DNA of 64,000 nt from assembly GCA_023213395.1 (NCBI GenBank), contig CM041465.1:218681741-218745740 (forward strand), written 5' to 3'. Numbering within the stretch: position 1 is the stretch's first letter; the number at the start of each line of letters is the position of its first letter. Of the stretch, positions 49,401 through 59,568 are shown in pieces. The DNA comes from Cycas panzhihuaensis. Its lineage: Eukaryota > Plantae > Cycadophyta. The translations under genes and the position numbers were made by a program. Below the pieces are notes generated by a model. It did no database searches and was not told the origin of the DNA. It worked only from the letters and a program-made list of their open reading frames with translations.

Positions 49401-51448
49401 ATATTGCCCTGTAAGCTGCGGAATTGGGTCACAGCTTGGACAAGAGTGACAATGGGTTACTTGTCTATGTATTGTGTTACCATTTGTGGCTGTGGTGTGC
49501 ATTGTAACCAATGCGTGTATTTGTGTGTACAGGTGACCTGAGCAAGTGCAAGCTGCTTAAGTGCACATCTTAACGGTCCAAGTGGACACCATGTATCTTT
49601 TCTGTTTGAATGTTTGGATATCTTGGCCTTGCTGCTGTAAATAGCATTCACATAGACAATGAAAACAAGGAAAAGCTCGTCATTACATGATGGAAAAGCC
49701 CACCATTCTGGAAATTGATGCCTGACCAGAAGCTTGCATACTTCAATTTTCTGATTTTATAAATGAATAATTTGTTGTTGATTCTATCATTGGTTTGCCT
49801 GGATTCCATAAATGCAAGTTGCCCAACATGAACAGTGCCATTTTTGCACCCAATGCCATACAAGTATTTTATTGCAGGTCGACACAAAGTGATTGGCAAT
49901 GCCATGAGATATGATCAATATTCTTACACATGGAGATTTATTCAGAAAGAAATTCAGGAGACAGGAATGTTACTGGAGAATTTTCAGTTCAAAGGCATGC
50001 AGCAAGAATAATACTAACAAGACATTTGCAATTTCAATCAATACACCAATCCCCCTTAAGATACCTTCCTAACAACTCAGACTCCAATCGGATAAATGAA
50101 GAATAACACAATGAGAAATTCACACGGGTACAAGAATAGCAATCAGGGGCTAAAAAGAGCAAAATTTTACAACGTTTCACAGGTTCAGCCAGGTACACGT
50201 GTGTTGGGTGTCAGTACATTATAGCGGTTGCACAATTTCAAACTATGGGTGCGTTGGTACAGCTGAATAGCTCTGGAAAATATTATTAGGGCGCCACATC
50301 ATGGGTGAGGTGCGTGCAGGTATGGCAGACGATGGGTAGAAGAATAAGTGCAACATAGGTACAAAAAATTTAAATGGAAATAAGGATAGAATATAATACA
50401 TATTACATTATGGGTATCCGGACATTGGGCTATCCACACTGCTTACTTTCAAGCAGAAAGTAAAACTATCAGCACAACCACAATCACCAAAACGCAACAC
50501 AAAATTGATATGGTAGGGAATTTCAATATACCTAGACTGGAAAGTTGATCACCCCCACCCTGTCAAAAGAAAGTGTGTCAGTAATGTTCAATTTCAACCC
50601 CATCCGCAAATCCGTTAAGCCGACCAAATATTAACGGAAAGCATTTCCAAGATAAGCGCTCTCACCTGTGAATATAGAGCAAGCTGGAAATTTCTAGCAG
50701 CTTCCAGCTGCGACATCTCGGTGTCAACCTTGTTGACAAGCTCCAGCACTTCGGGAGTGCTAACGAAGCGGACAAACCTAAACACAAAATTAGCGGACAG
50801 GATTTAGTCAAAATGACGAAACGCTTAATTTGGATAGCCCAATCTAGTCACTTTTGGATCCCTTCATATACCAAGGGGCTGCCAACCAACTAGACACGGC
50901 CAACGCTGATTATAGAAACGATGCTACAGATTTATCTGTGACACTGCGGACATTAATAGCAAAAGGCAAACGACCGACCTCTCCAGAGTGCCCTTGGTGA
51001 ACCACGGAGCGCCATTCTGAGCTCCACCTACTTCCAGTTTGATCAAATGTCCCGCTCGACCAATCTGCTCTTCGGCTGCTTGCAAATGCGTAACGAACGG
51101 TTTCAGAAGCCCCGACGCCAATTTCTCCGTCTCTCCCCCGCCCGAGACGAACAACTCGCACCTGCCGTCAGCATCCAAGAAGTAAGCCTACGTTTCCAAC
51201 AAATCCGAAGGCAGGCACGGACCATTACCGATTAAAAAATACTCTCTAGTGTCATTCTAAGAAACGTCTCATCTGTATTTTCGTTCTCTTTGCAGTGTTG
51301 GATCTCTTATGGAAACCTCACAGAATCTAAAGGTCAAATTTCATCACAAAATTAAAATTTGTGAGCCTCTTGCGTGTTATTGACAGTACCTTGTACGCTT
51401 GGGAGAAAGCTGAAAAGCGGCGTAGTCCAGGGGCGTATCCGCCTTCAT
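21079..51448 (-). CDS. CIP7-like: COP1-interacting protein 7-like gene (At3g14172/At1g72410 family), 11 coding exons, ~1523 aa: join(51390-51448, 50979-51161, 50666-50777, 50532-50559, 26110-26138, 25849-25880, 25603-25755, 23449-25474, 21495-23292, 21269-21355, 21079-21143)
   Basis: Manual splicing gives one uninterrupted frame of 4572 nt, all introns GT-AG with matching phases. Family motifs recognised from memory: [165 protein letters not shown]-terminal [15 protein letters not shown]. Confidence 0.92.
21269..21355 (-). CDS. CIP7-like: Coding exon 10 ([28 protein letters not shown])
   Basis: ttttgcag| acceptor, G|gtgaat donor, 87 nt, conserved family motif. Confidence 0.93.
21495..23292 (-). 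CDS. CIP7-like: Coding exon 9 (1798 nt; [11 protein letters not shown]...ESFHEHGT)
   Basis: In-frame acceptor gggcag| at 23293; donor A|gtatgt; overlaps the 606-aa ORF 21430..23250. Both boundaries have alternatives (see findings). Confidence 0.9.
23449..25474 (-). CDS. CIP7-like: Coding exon 8 (2026 nt; [13 protein letters not shown]... disordered region and coiled coil ...KNKKHQ)
   Basis: gacag| acceptor, CAG|gtgagt donor; overlaps the 690-aa ORF 23308..25380. Confidence 0.93.
25603..25755 (-). CDS. CIP7-like: Coding exon 7 ([30 protein letters not shown]...FGANRL-K)
   Basis: ttgccag| acceptor, AA|gtaagg donor, 153 nt; within ORF 25599..25787. Confidence 0.95.
25849..25880 (-). CDS. CIP7-like: Coding exon 6, 32-nt microexon ([11 protein letters not shown])
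   Basis: tgcag| acceptor, AA|gtgagt donor; matches the family AADxxK motif preceding KELL. Confidence 0.88.
26110..26138 (-). CDS. CIP7-like: Coding exon 5, 29-nt microexon ([10 protein letters not shown])
   Basis: gatag| acceptor, AAG|gtagtt donor; phase 1 to 0 links exon 4 to exon 6. Confidence 0.75.
26969..27020. repeat. Perfect 26-bp tandem duplication (AAAACAGAGGTCAGAATATGTGTGCA x2)
   Basis: Directly visible. Confidence 0.95.
27829..27858 (-). CDS. Candidate additional or alternative 30-nt frame-preserving microexon ([10 protein letters not shown])
   Basis: cttttcctcttgcatcag| acceptor, AAG|gtgagc donor, phase 1 to 1, no stop codon; no homology support available. Confidence 0.4.
31311..31710. 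mobile_element. Non-autonomous hAT-type DNA transposon (MITE-like, 400 bp) in intron 4
   Basis: Perfect 8-bp TSD TCCAAAAC (31303-31310 and 31711-31718); decayed TIRs CAATGTTGCCAGAAAC / reverse complement TGATGTTATTGGAAAT differing only by transitions; repeated GAAAY subterminal motifs. Confidence 0.8.
31408..31466. repeat. Compound microsatellite (TACA)3(AC)17(AT)6 within the MITE
   Basis: Directly visible. Confidence 0.95.
32250..32620 (+). mobile_element. Gypsy integrase core fragment
   Basis: [33 protein letters not shown] and [19 protein letters not shown] motifs. Confidence 0.8.
33000..33830 (+). mobile_element. Possible LINE (L1-like) ORF2 C-terminal remnant
   Basis: Frameshifted translation with RSILW and [19 protein letters not shown]....EPVHQYF, resembling the pre-zf-RVT region; heavily decayed. 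Confidence 0.35.
34450..37074 (-). mobile_element. 3'-truncated Ty3/gypsy element: 5' LTR 36202-37074, PBS, gag, protease
   Basis: LTR with 7-bp inverted termini TGATAAG...CTTATCA; PBS TGGTATTAGAGC at 36199-36188; gag [24 protein letters not shown]; decayed Zn knuckle near 35070; protease-region [17 protein letters not shown]. Confidence 0.8.
37705..37893 (-). repeat. 3' LTR of copia B
   Basis: ~82% identical to 48566-48752 by hand count. Confidence 0.9.
40767..40989 (+). repeat. 5' LTR of copia C
   Basis: ~88% identical to 45803-46027 by hand count. Confidence 0.92.
45803..46027 (+). repeat. 3' LTR of copia C
   Basis: Follows the PPT; ends TCAACA then TSD GAGAT. Confidence 0.92.
48566..48752 (-). 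repeat. 5' LTR of copia B
   Basis: Adjacent to degenerate PBS TGATATCAGAGT. Confidence 0.9.
50532..50559 (-). CDS. CIP7-like: Coding exon 4, 28-nt microexon (GGGDQLSSL)
   Basis: ctttcttttgacag| acceptor, G|gtatat donor; supplies the required phase 0 to 1 change; resembles the family GxGDQLS linker. Confidence 0.85.
50666..50777 (-). CDS. CIP7-like: Coding exon 3 ([37 protein letters not shown])
   Basis: tttag| acceptor, CAG|gtgaga donor, 112 nt. Confidence 0.95.
50979..51161 (-). CDS. CIP7-like: Coding exon 2 ([26 protein letters not shown]...WFTKGTLE-R)
   Basis: cag| acceptor, AG|gtcggt donor, 183 nt; lies within ORF 50924..51178. Confidence 0.95.
51390..51448 (-). CDS. CIP7-like: Coding exon 1 ([20 protein letters not shown])
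   Basis: ATG at 51448; donor AAG|gtactg; 59 nt, ends in phase 2. Confidence 0.92.
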
Positions 51449-52320
51449 TTCGTCACCCGGGGCTATTCCTTAGCTCCCCAGCACGTAATATTGGTCTTAT
51501 TCCCTTCCTTCACTGTTTCTGCCATTACAGACCTCAAATCATTCAAATCTAAATATCCACTCATCGAAAGCTGGTTCCCGTTCCCAAACGGACGAGCCAG
51601 ACCCCCACCGAAAAAACAAATTTAAATTTTCGTAAAAGAAAAAAAAAACCTACTTCGAGCCTTTAATTTGCCCTCTAGATGAAACCAGGATTCGGAACAG
51701 TAATGACCTGGAATCCAGCTGTGAGCTGAAACGCACATCCTCGAACTGCAAATCTGGACATTACGCACAGCTCAGAGCGTCGATAGCCTCGATATTTTAC
51801 ATTAAATGCAGAATAACCCTGGTAGAAATTTGACCGGAGGCTTTAAATTTTTCCATGCTAAATCTGCACGAAGAACTGCAAAAGATCCACAGAAAATACA
51901 TACCGAAGGATTGAATTTTGATGGTGCGGAAATGATCCGGTGGTGTGGATTGCTTCCGATCCAGCGTTGAAGGTCCTTCACAGAATGGATCCATCCATTT
52001 ATGCCCTCCGATGTCTGCTACTGGTCAGAGCTCGATGCTCCTCCATGGAACCATCCACCCCCCTCCCCTCTCCCCCCACCTCCTCTCAGCCTTTCATTCC
52101 TCTGCCTCTCTTCCCTCTCTCTCTATGGGTGTCGGTAGAGAGAGAGTATAGTGCACGTTCAGACATAAATGAATGACCACGACAGGCGAAGATCCACGTA
52201 GAACCAAACTAGCGGCAAATATAATTTAGACGCTGCCTGGGTATTGTGTCCGTTAGAACGGGGGTTTAAAGTTGTCCGACGTCCGAAGGGCGATGTTAGT
52301 AAGAGATATATAGAGGGAAG
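51449..52320 (-). promoter_or_regulatory. Putative core promoter and spliced 5' UTR of the CIP7-like gene
   Basis: CpG-rich; CT/GA tracts at 52060-52146; TATATAT at 52312-52306; candidate UTR donors CG|gtatgt (51904) and GAA|gtaggt (51654), acceptors tttgcag| (51745) and atttag| (51548). The TSS cannot be fixed from sequence alone. Confidence 0.5.
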
Positions 52321-54299
52321 GGATGTCACATGGCTATTATGCTTCGTCGATGCAAAGGGAATAAATATTGGGAAAACAAGAGAGATTGGGGGGCAATTTT
52401 GAATTATTGTTGTTGAGGGGTAAGGAAGTTTTCCACCCCACACGCATTGTTTGTTACTATAAATTCGGTGGAAAAAAAAATAAAGGTTTGAGATTGAAGG
52501 TTAGCTACGGGCCCGCCCTTGTTTCTTCCTCTGGGAAAGAGTTTGCCTACTTTCAATTCAAGTTTTTGAATCTCACATGAGATGGAGAGGGGTATATGTG
52601 GATGATGTCAGTATCTTTTTCCAAGTTGTGATTAGAATGACAGCATTGTCTCTGTTGATCCAAACAGCTCTCGTTAGAGTAAGATATGGGTTAAAGGCAC
52701 GAGTTAGGTGGATGGCGGCAAGAAGTTCTCATGATAATACAGGGATGGGATGGGTGGGGTTAGGTCTGAGCAAAGGGCATTTCAAGGCATGAGGAATCTA
52801 TGCATAAGTCTTTGAATATCCCCTATTCACACGCTCCCACTTTGGTTGGCCCTAATAACACCATTTTGGGTGTCTTCAAAGGAACAAAGCTTCATAAGAG
52901 TCCTTGTTTACAATATGCATAGCATTCCGTGTAGAAGACAAGGTCAAGGGGACATTGTGGGTCTTCTTTACATGGGAGTAATAGCTAAAGTAGTTGAGGA
53001 TACTTGGAGTGCAAAATAGTCATTGTCATCATGATTGATCATTTACATTTGTGCGTGTGAATAGAGGTCGAGGGAGGGAAGAATGATAAGGGGGAAGAGG
53101 ATGAGCTAGTTTGAAAATAAAACTTGAAGCCCTTCTCTAGGTTAAATGAAAGGTGCAAATAAGTGCTTCATATGGCTTGTCATGATGAGTGTATTGTGAA
53201 ACATTCAACATTTCATGAGTTGGTAACTTTCTCATGTATGCCCGACTTTGTTATAATTTGTGTGGAAAATCATATATTTAGAACTATAAAATTTGCATAT
53301 TTTTGCCTTATGACCTTCTTGTTGCAATTTCTATGAAAAGTGACAATTGAAAGCTTCACCTCAACCAATCAAAATAAGTGGGTCGCATATACCAAGGTTT
53401 AAACATGTACCATGAGAACAATGGTTTGTTTCTAAAATAAACATAAAATTATAAAAATATTTAACTTATCATAAGTCATTAACCAAAAATTAATCATCCT
53501 TCCTCTTAAATCAATTGTGATATAAACTTGAAGAGTCTCAAAATGTGCAATGAGATAATTCATTAAAATAAGCAACTCAAAATCTTAATTTATAATCTTT
53601 TTTTAAGATAGTCTTATAAATATATTCATAAATAATATGAGATAAATCAAAATCCATATTGGATATTATTATGCTTAAAATCTTATCCATGATAGAATGT
53701 TGCCTCTAATTACTCTTCTCAACATAAAGCATCTCAAGACAATAAGCCATGATAAAATAAGGTATGATAACCATGGATCTTATTATGTAAGAATTAAATA
53801 AAAGGTGACATAAGGCCATTGCCTTGATCTAAAACCTGAAACCTTGCATTATTACAAATCAACTTCCTTCTTGTCTATATAACAAGATCAAAATTATTCA
53901 TCATTAATATATCTTCTTCCATATACGAGAATGCTTAATCCACAACAATTAGGGTTTAAAAGAATATTTTTCAAAATGTATTCAAGTCCTATAATGATAT
54001 TTAATGTTAACTTTATACACCAAGTCTTGATGTTAAAATGCAAAATTAATAAGCTCTAAATGGGGAGGACTTATAGATATGAAAGGAGTACAAACATCAA
54101 GAAATGATACCATTGTTTAGATTGTAGCTAATGATCATCTACGACAACAGTAAGCTTGATCATATGGAAAAATAAATAAATGATAGTAGTTTTCAAGATA
54201 AATTTTAAAATTAGTAAAAGTGCATAAGCATTCCTTATCTATTTTCTTCATTAGGGAAACTTTCACTATAGTGATGATACAAGTCATTTGAAGAACAAA

Positions 54300-54500
54300 T
54301 CTCATGGTTACTTGTATAAGTTAGTGATTCATTTGCTATCCTCACTCTCATGGGCTTAAGACCTTTACTAGGCTTCAAGATTAACCTTAGTCATTGTGTA
54401 AACTTTTATTAATAGCAATGTAGATGTTTTAAAAACAAAAGCACTCAATTATGTAAGAAAATATCTTGAGATATATCAAATAGATATAAGCTTGTTCAAA
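54300..54500 (+). mobile_element. Possible copia RT C-terminal remnant
   Basis: Only the NILRYIK motif (near 54460-54480) and weak context are recognisable. Confidence 0.3.
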
Positions 54501-55514
54501 GATATTTTAGATATAGTGAATGCATGACTTAGAGTGATATTGAAATGCTTTCAAATTCTCCTAAAAGAAGTAAAGGTTTATGACATCCCTTACTTCATAC
54601 CAAGTTATATAGAAATAATATATCTATTAATATCAGTCAAATAATCAATAAGAGATGGATGTTTCCAAACTTGTAACTCTTTCTAAAAAGGATTAATCAA
54701 ATAAATTATATCGACATAGTTTATTTTAACCTTTGAATATGGTACTTATTTCCAAAATATGCTTTTAACTTTATATATTAAAGGTTATGTTACAAGCCTT
54801 TTCATTTTATTTGACAATGTTTAAAAAAACAATAGCCATATAATGGTAAATCTTATAACGATGATATGTGATGCTTCATACCTATATTTATGCATCATAA
54901 TATGCTCATGTGGAAAACATAGTCAAGTCAATCTCAAAGACAACGATGGCCCAATGTTAGTAGATTAAAAATATATATATCTGCCTTTCTAAATGTTAAA
55001 GTGTTGCTTTCATGTTCTTAAAAAGTGAAGAAATTTTTAAATTACAAGTACCTTCTAGAGCTCATGTATTTATGCCATAAATAATTATTGCACTTGCCAA
55101 AACTAACGTATATGTTGATATAAATTAATATTAATTCTACAAATTTTAAAGAGAAAGTTTGTAGAGTCGATATCATGCTCTCTCTATTTGATGATTCAAT
55201 GATAATATAAAATCATTGTTTTGTTGTCATATGGAGAGTGAACAAAACATACCACAAAAAAAACTTAATTACTTAGTGGTGCATAATAAGCTGAGATTAA
55301 AAAGTGTACAAGAAGAAAATAACTAGAATATGTATAATTATAATACACATATATGTTCCTATAACAACATGAAAGATTATTAATTAGAAAACTTTTAAAT
55401 TTTTAAAAATATAGATAAATTTTGAGTGAAGTTAATAATCATCGATGATTTGTAATTATGAATCATTAACAATTTTTTATTTAAAATATTTACATGGGAT
55501 GAATAAATGAGGAT

Positions 55515-55516
<2 letters not shown>

Positions 55517-55554
<38 letters not shown>
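55517..55554. repeat. (TA)19 microsatellite
   Basis: Directly visible. Confidence 0.95.
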
Positions 55555-55556
<2 letters not shown>

Positions 55557-56899
55557 AGTAAGTTTGCATTTCACTTATATATGTATACAAGCCAAATATA
55601 ATATAATGTTTAATGGCCATGAGACTGCAAGTCTTATCAACTTCTTTTATGTTATTGAGTTTAGCATTTTAGGGGCAAGAGAGAGGTTTCTTGGCATTTT
55701 ACTATATACATTTGCATGACTTTTACACATGTTATTTATTTTAAATTTTATTAAGAATTATTTAATTTGTCTTATATTATATTTATTATGATAAAATACT
55801 ATCTTATATAGCCATGGTTAAATAATAAGAAATATATATTGTATTAACTATAAGCCACGTATAATATATAATATTTTTTTATATCCATAATTTAAAGAAT
55901 ATATTTAACCTTTATTAGATAAATTTTAGAGAAAAACGTAAAGCAATGGTATTATGATTTATCTCTTATGTAATCAATAAGATTATAATATTGTAGCTAG
56001 TTTATATGCTTTCTCATTTCAATTAAGTCATATCATTTCCTTATTTGTTGTTCAATTTTGAGATAGATGAGTACTCACGATAATCCCTCTTACATTCCTC
56101 TTGTCTTATATAGAAAATAAGCAATGTAAGTGGATGGTTACGCTTTAGCCTAGTCAAACTTCAACTTCAATTTCTAATTATTTGGTTCTAGTGATAGTAG
56201 GGATACAACTACTCTCCACTCACTAGATAATTAGTTAGTATGCAAACTTATAAAAACAATGTGGAAAAAAAATTGATACTTATCATTCACATTGCATAAG
56301 TAAAGATATAACATGTTACTACACAGTCATATAATATTACCATTATAGGAATTCATATATAATATAAGGTAATCTTTTACAAGATGGTACCAAATTGCTC
56401 TAAGACATAATCTCTTCACATTACTTATAGGCATTCCTCTCTAATAGGATGTTACCTTAAATTTTAAGACTAGGCTATTAAGATTGATATGAATGGAAAC
56501 ATGCATAATGGCTCAAACCATACAAAATAGGGCTTCTTCATTATAGAGATTTACTTACATAATATAATGATAATGCTTAATAATATATGTCTAGCTCATT
56601 CCAAGTCATTTTATAATTACATGAATCATACCTTAATAACATGAATCTCAATTCACTTTGAGTTTCATTCCACATTAATTTATGTAACTATATTTGTTGT
56701 GTATTAGTTCAAAATATCATCATATAACACGCAAACATGAATTTATGCCCAAGTATATATAAATCTAGTACTTCACGAGCACTAGATTATGATTTTTTTT
56801 TCCTTCTTGTTGAACTAGATGATTATATTAATGGGAAATATTACATATAGTTATAACAAAAATAAGGGAGAAAAAATATCAATGCCCTTTGTCCATGCA

Positions 56900-59095
56900 A
56901 ATAAAATAGTCAAGACAAAGAAAACTACCTAGAAAAATAAAAAATAGTTGGAATGGAATAGAATATGTATATCCTCTTCTACTAAGGGCAATATATCATA
57001 TATTTAGAAGATGCACAAGGATGAGTGAAAAAATCAATAAGTAGAGGTTGAATTGACCTAGCCATCATCACTCTCATCCAAGAAATCTTCCTTAAATAAG
57101 AAACCCTTATGCGAGCTTGGATTTGCATTAATGGGCTTGAAAATTTATTTTCTTGAGTGTTGCTCCTCTCTTGACTAGGACTGCTACCTAGTTTGAGGCT
57201 TATGCCATTGGCTCCCAAGAGTCAGCAAAGGAGGTATACTCCATTCAATAGGGAGACATGTACCTTAGGAGTTGCTTTGACCCTTAACTCTAATTTAGTG
57301 TCTTCCCTATTCTAGTTATGTTAAGAACTACATTCTTCTCGAGGAACCCCACTTATAGCACAAGGTGCTAATCCCTAATGGTAAATAAGATTAAGCAAAT
57401 GTAAAAGTTCCATGTGCACCATTTCCATATAAATTGTAATAAGTGATTGGATACCATAACAACATGCATAACAATAGTAAAATAAAAAGGGAATCCAACA
57501 TCTAAAGAGAACACCATTAATATGCTTCTATATGCAATGTAAAATCTCCACCTTAAGAATGCCCTAAGTAATTAAGAATACCTTTGAGAAGATTCTCTTA
57601 TCACCTAGTAAGGCTACATTCCATTGAAATGGTTAAAAAATGACAAGACAAGTAAACTAACTAATCCAACCCTAAACAGACTTGTTTGTAGAGCAATATT
57701 AGAATAGGATAATAGGGGTTTCTTACTAACCATATATAGGATATACTAGATCCACATGCCCAAGTTTGGTTAGCTTAGATTTGATAGTTAATCTATTATG
57801 AATTAATGACAAGTTTAAAAAGGCATTTTTTGGCTTAAATAGGGCCCCACATAACCTTTCAAACCACTTATACTAAGCACTCTCATATTTGGAGCAATTT
57901 GAAAGCTTATTTAACTTATCATTAATTTCACCCCATAAGGAAAGTAATTTATATATATAAGAGGTAGAAAATTTAGTGAAAAACTTAGAGAAATTCCATT
58001 TCTAATCCTTCTAAAAATTATTCTATGAGGTAAGAAACCAAATTGGAAAAATAGATCTAAATCATCTAATATAGACCTATTAAAGCTTTTAAATGTAAAA
58101 TCCTCTTTAATTATTGGATAAGGCTTATATGGTCCTCTAGTAAAATCAAATATTCAACCAATAATGGTTAAGACCTTCTTGTATAATCTTTTGGCTTTGA
58201 ACTTGAGGTTATGTTCAAAATAATAGTTATCTTTAGAATGACTAGTAACCACCAAATTGAGTAGCCCTATATTAACAACCCCTTTCTTAATCCCTCTTCA
58301 TGCCATGCTAAAATTTTGTATAGCCATCCCACACACCTCAAATAAATCTAAAAATGGGTGAGACAATACCCTTAAATGAGGCTAGAGAGATAAGGGTTAT
58401 ATTATAGGAGAGAGTGAAGTCCTTCTAAGCAAGAGGGTGAGAATAACCCAAATTATATCTAATTGAGACTTTTTAGTCCTCCTTGCCCTATTTAGCTCTA
58501 ACATGCCACTTATCATATAGAGACTAATTTTATTAATCGGTGTTAATGGCAGATAATCCCCTTTTACCATAGTAATAACTTGGCCATTTAACCTTGTTAA
58601 ACCCCTTTGTCCCCTCCTTAAGCGATCATGGGTATAACCTAAGGAGATAGATAAATTTGTTATAGTAGTATTAGGGGAAACCTAATAAGAAAAGTATTAC
58701 ACATAAGTGGTAATAGGGACCTTATTTAAATGTGAAATATGCTAACTGATGAAAGGTGTTTAAAGCTCTAAATAACCAATTTATTTTCTACTCAGTTCAT
58801 AACATATTCTCACATCTCTACTAACGAGGTTTGAAACCCAAGTGGAAGGCCTAAGAAATAAAGATTGTCTCTTGATTTAATCTAAGTCCATTCATATTAT
58901 AAAAGCCAACTAAGAACATCGTTAGAAGAGTAATGATAGTGGGTTGTCTTTGATTTAAAAGAGGCTTTGATACCAAATTTGATCTAAAAGAAGATCTAAT
59001 ACCTAACTTAATATGAATTATAATAGTGCTCTAACACCAAAATTATGCATAATACAAACATGCTATAAAATAATATACAAATCATACATAATACA
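56900..59095 (-). mobile_element. Highly decayed LTR retrotransposon leader with tandem PBS copies; its LTR appears interrupted by copia D
   Basis: PBS-like motifs at 58964-58975, 58993-59004 and 59028-59039 followed by LTR-like sequence; no clear protein motif; left boundary is arbitrary. Confidence 0.4.
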
Positions 59096-59568
59096 TGAAA
59101 AGAAAATGTAATCGTAGAAGCAATATATTATTAGAATCTAAACCATGCAAAGAATAAATAACATAAATAAATCAAGCACATAACAAAAAAAACTGGGAGA
59201 TTCTAGTTTAAACATATACCTTTTATTAATCCGAATAATAATTAAAGAATTATAAAGATGAAAACCCCAGGCCTTCTCATCAACTCATCAAAGACTCATT
59301 CAACCCTTTTATATGTGTCATTACATAAGAATATACATATATAAATTTACAAGATAACACCTTATAGTTTTACAATATAATGGATATAAACCATGGGCCA
59401 AAAAAAGACCCCTATAAGACACTCAAAAAAAAATTCTTAGGGGCTCCTGCCCCCAAACCCCCACTTGGAGTGCCAGTGGCCCTACAACGAGCCTTAGACC
59501 CCACTCAGGGGCTCAGATGTAATGCCTATACCTATATAACACTTGTAAAATATTCAACATATCTAATT
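59096..59568 (-). repeat. 3' LTR of copia D
   Basis: Diverged direct repeat of 63512-63915, with an extra GC-rich segment. Confidence 0.85.

Noticed and set aside
49440-50360. GGGTGCG/GGTAC-rich and GCTTAAG-type segments resembling old intronic non-autonomous elements
   Set aside because: No termini or TSD identifiable
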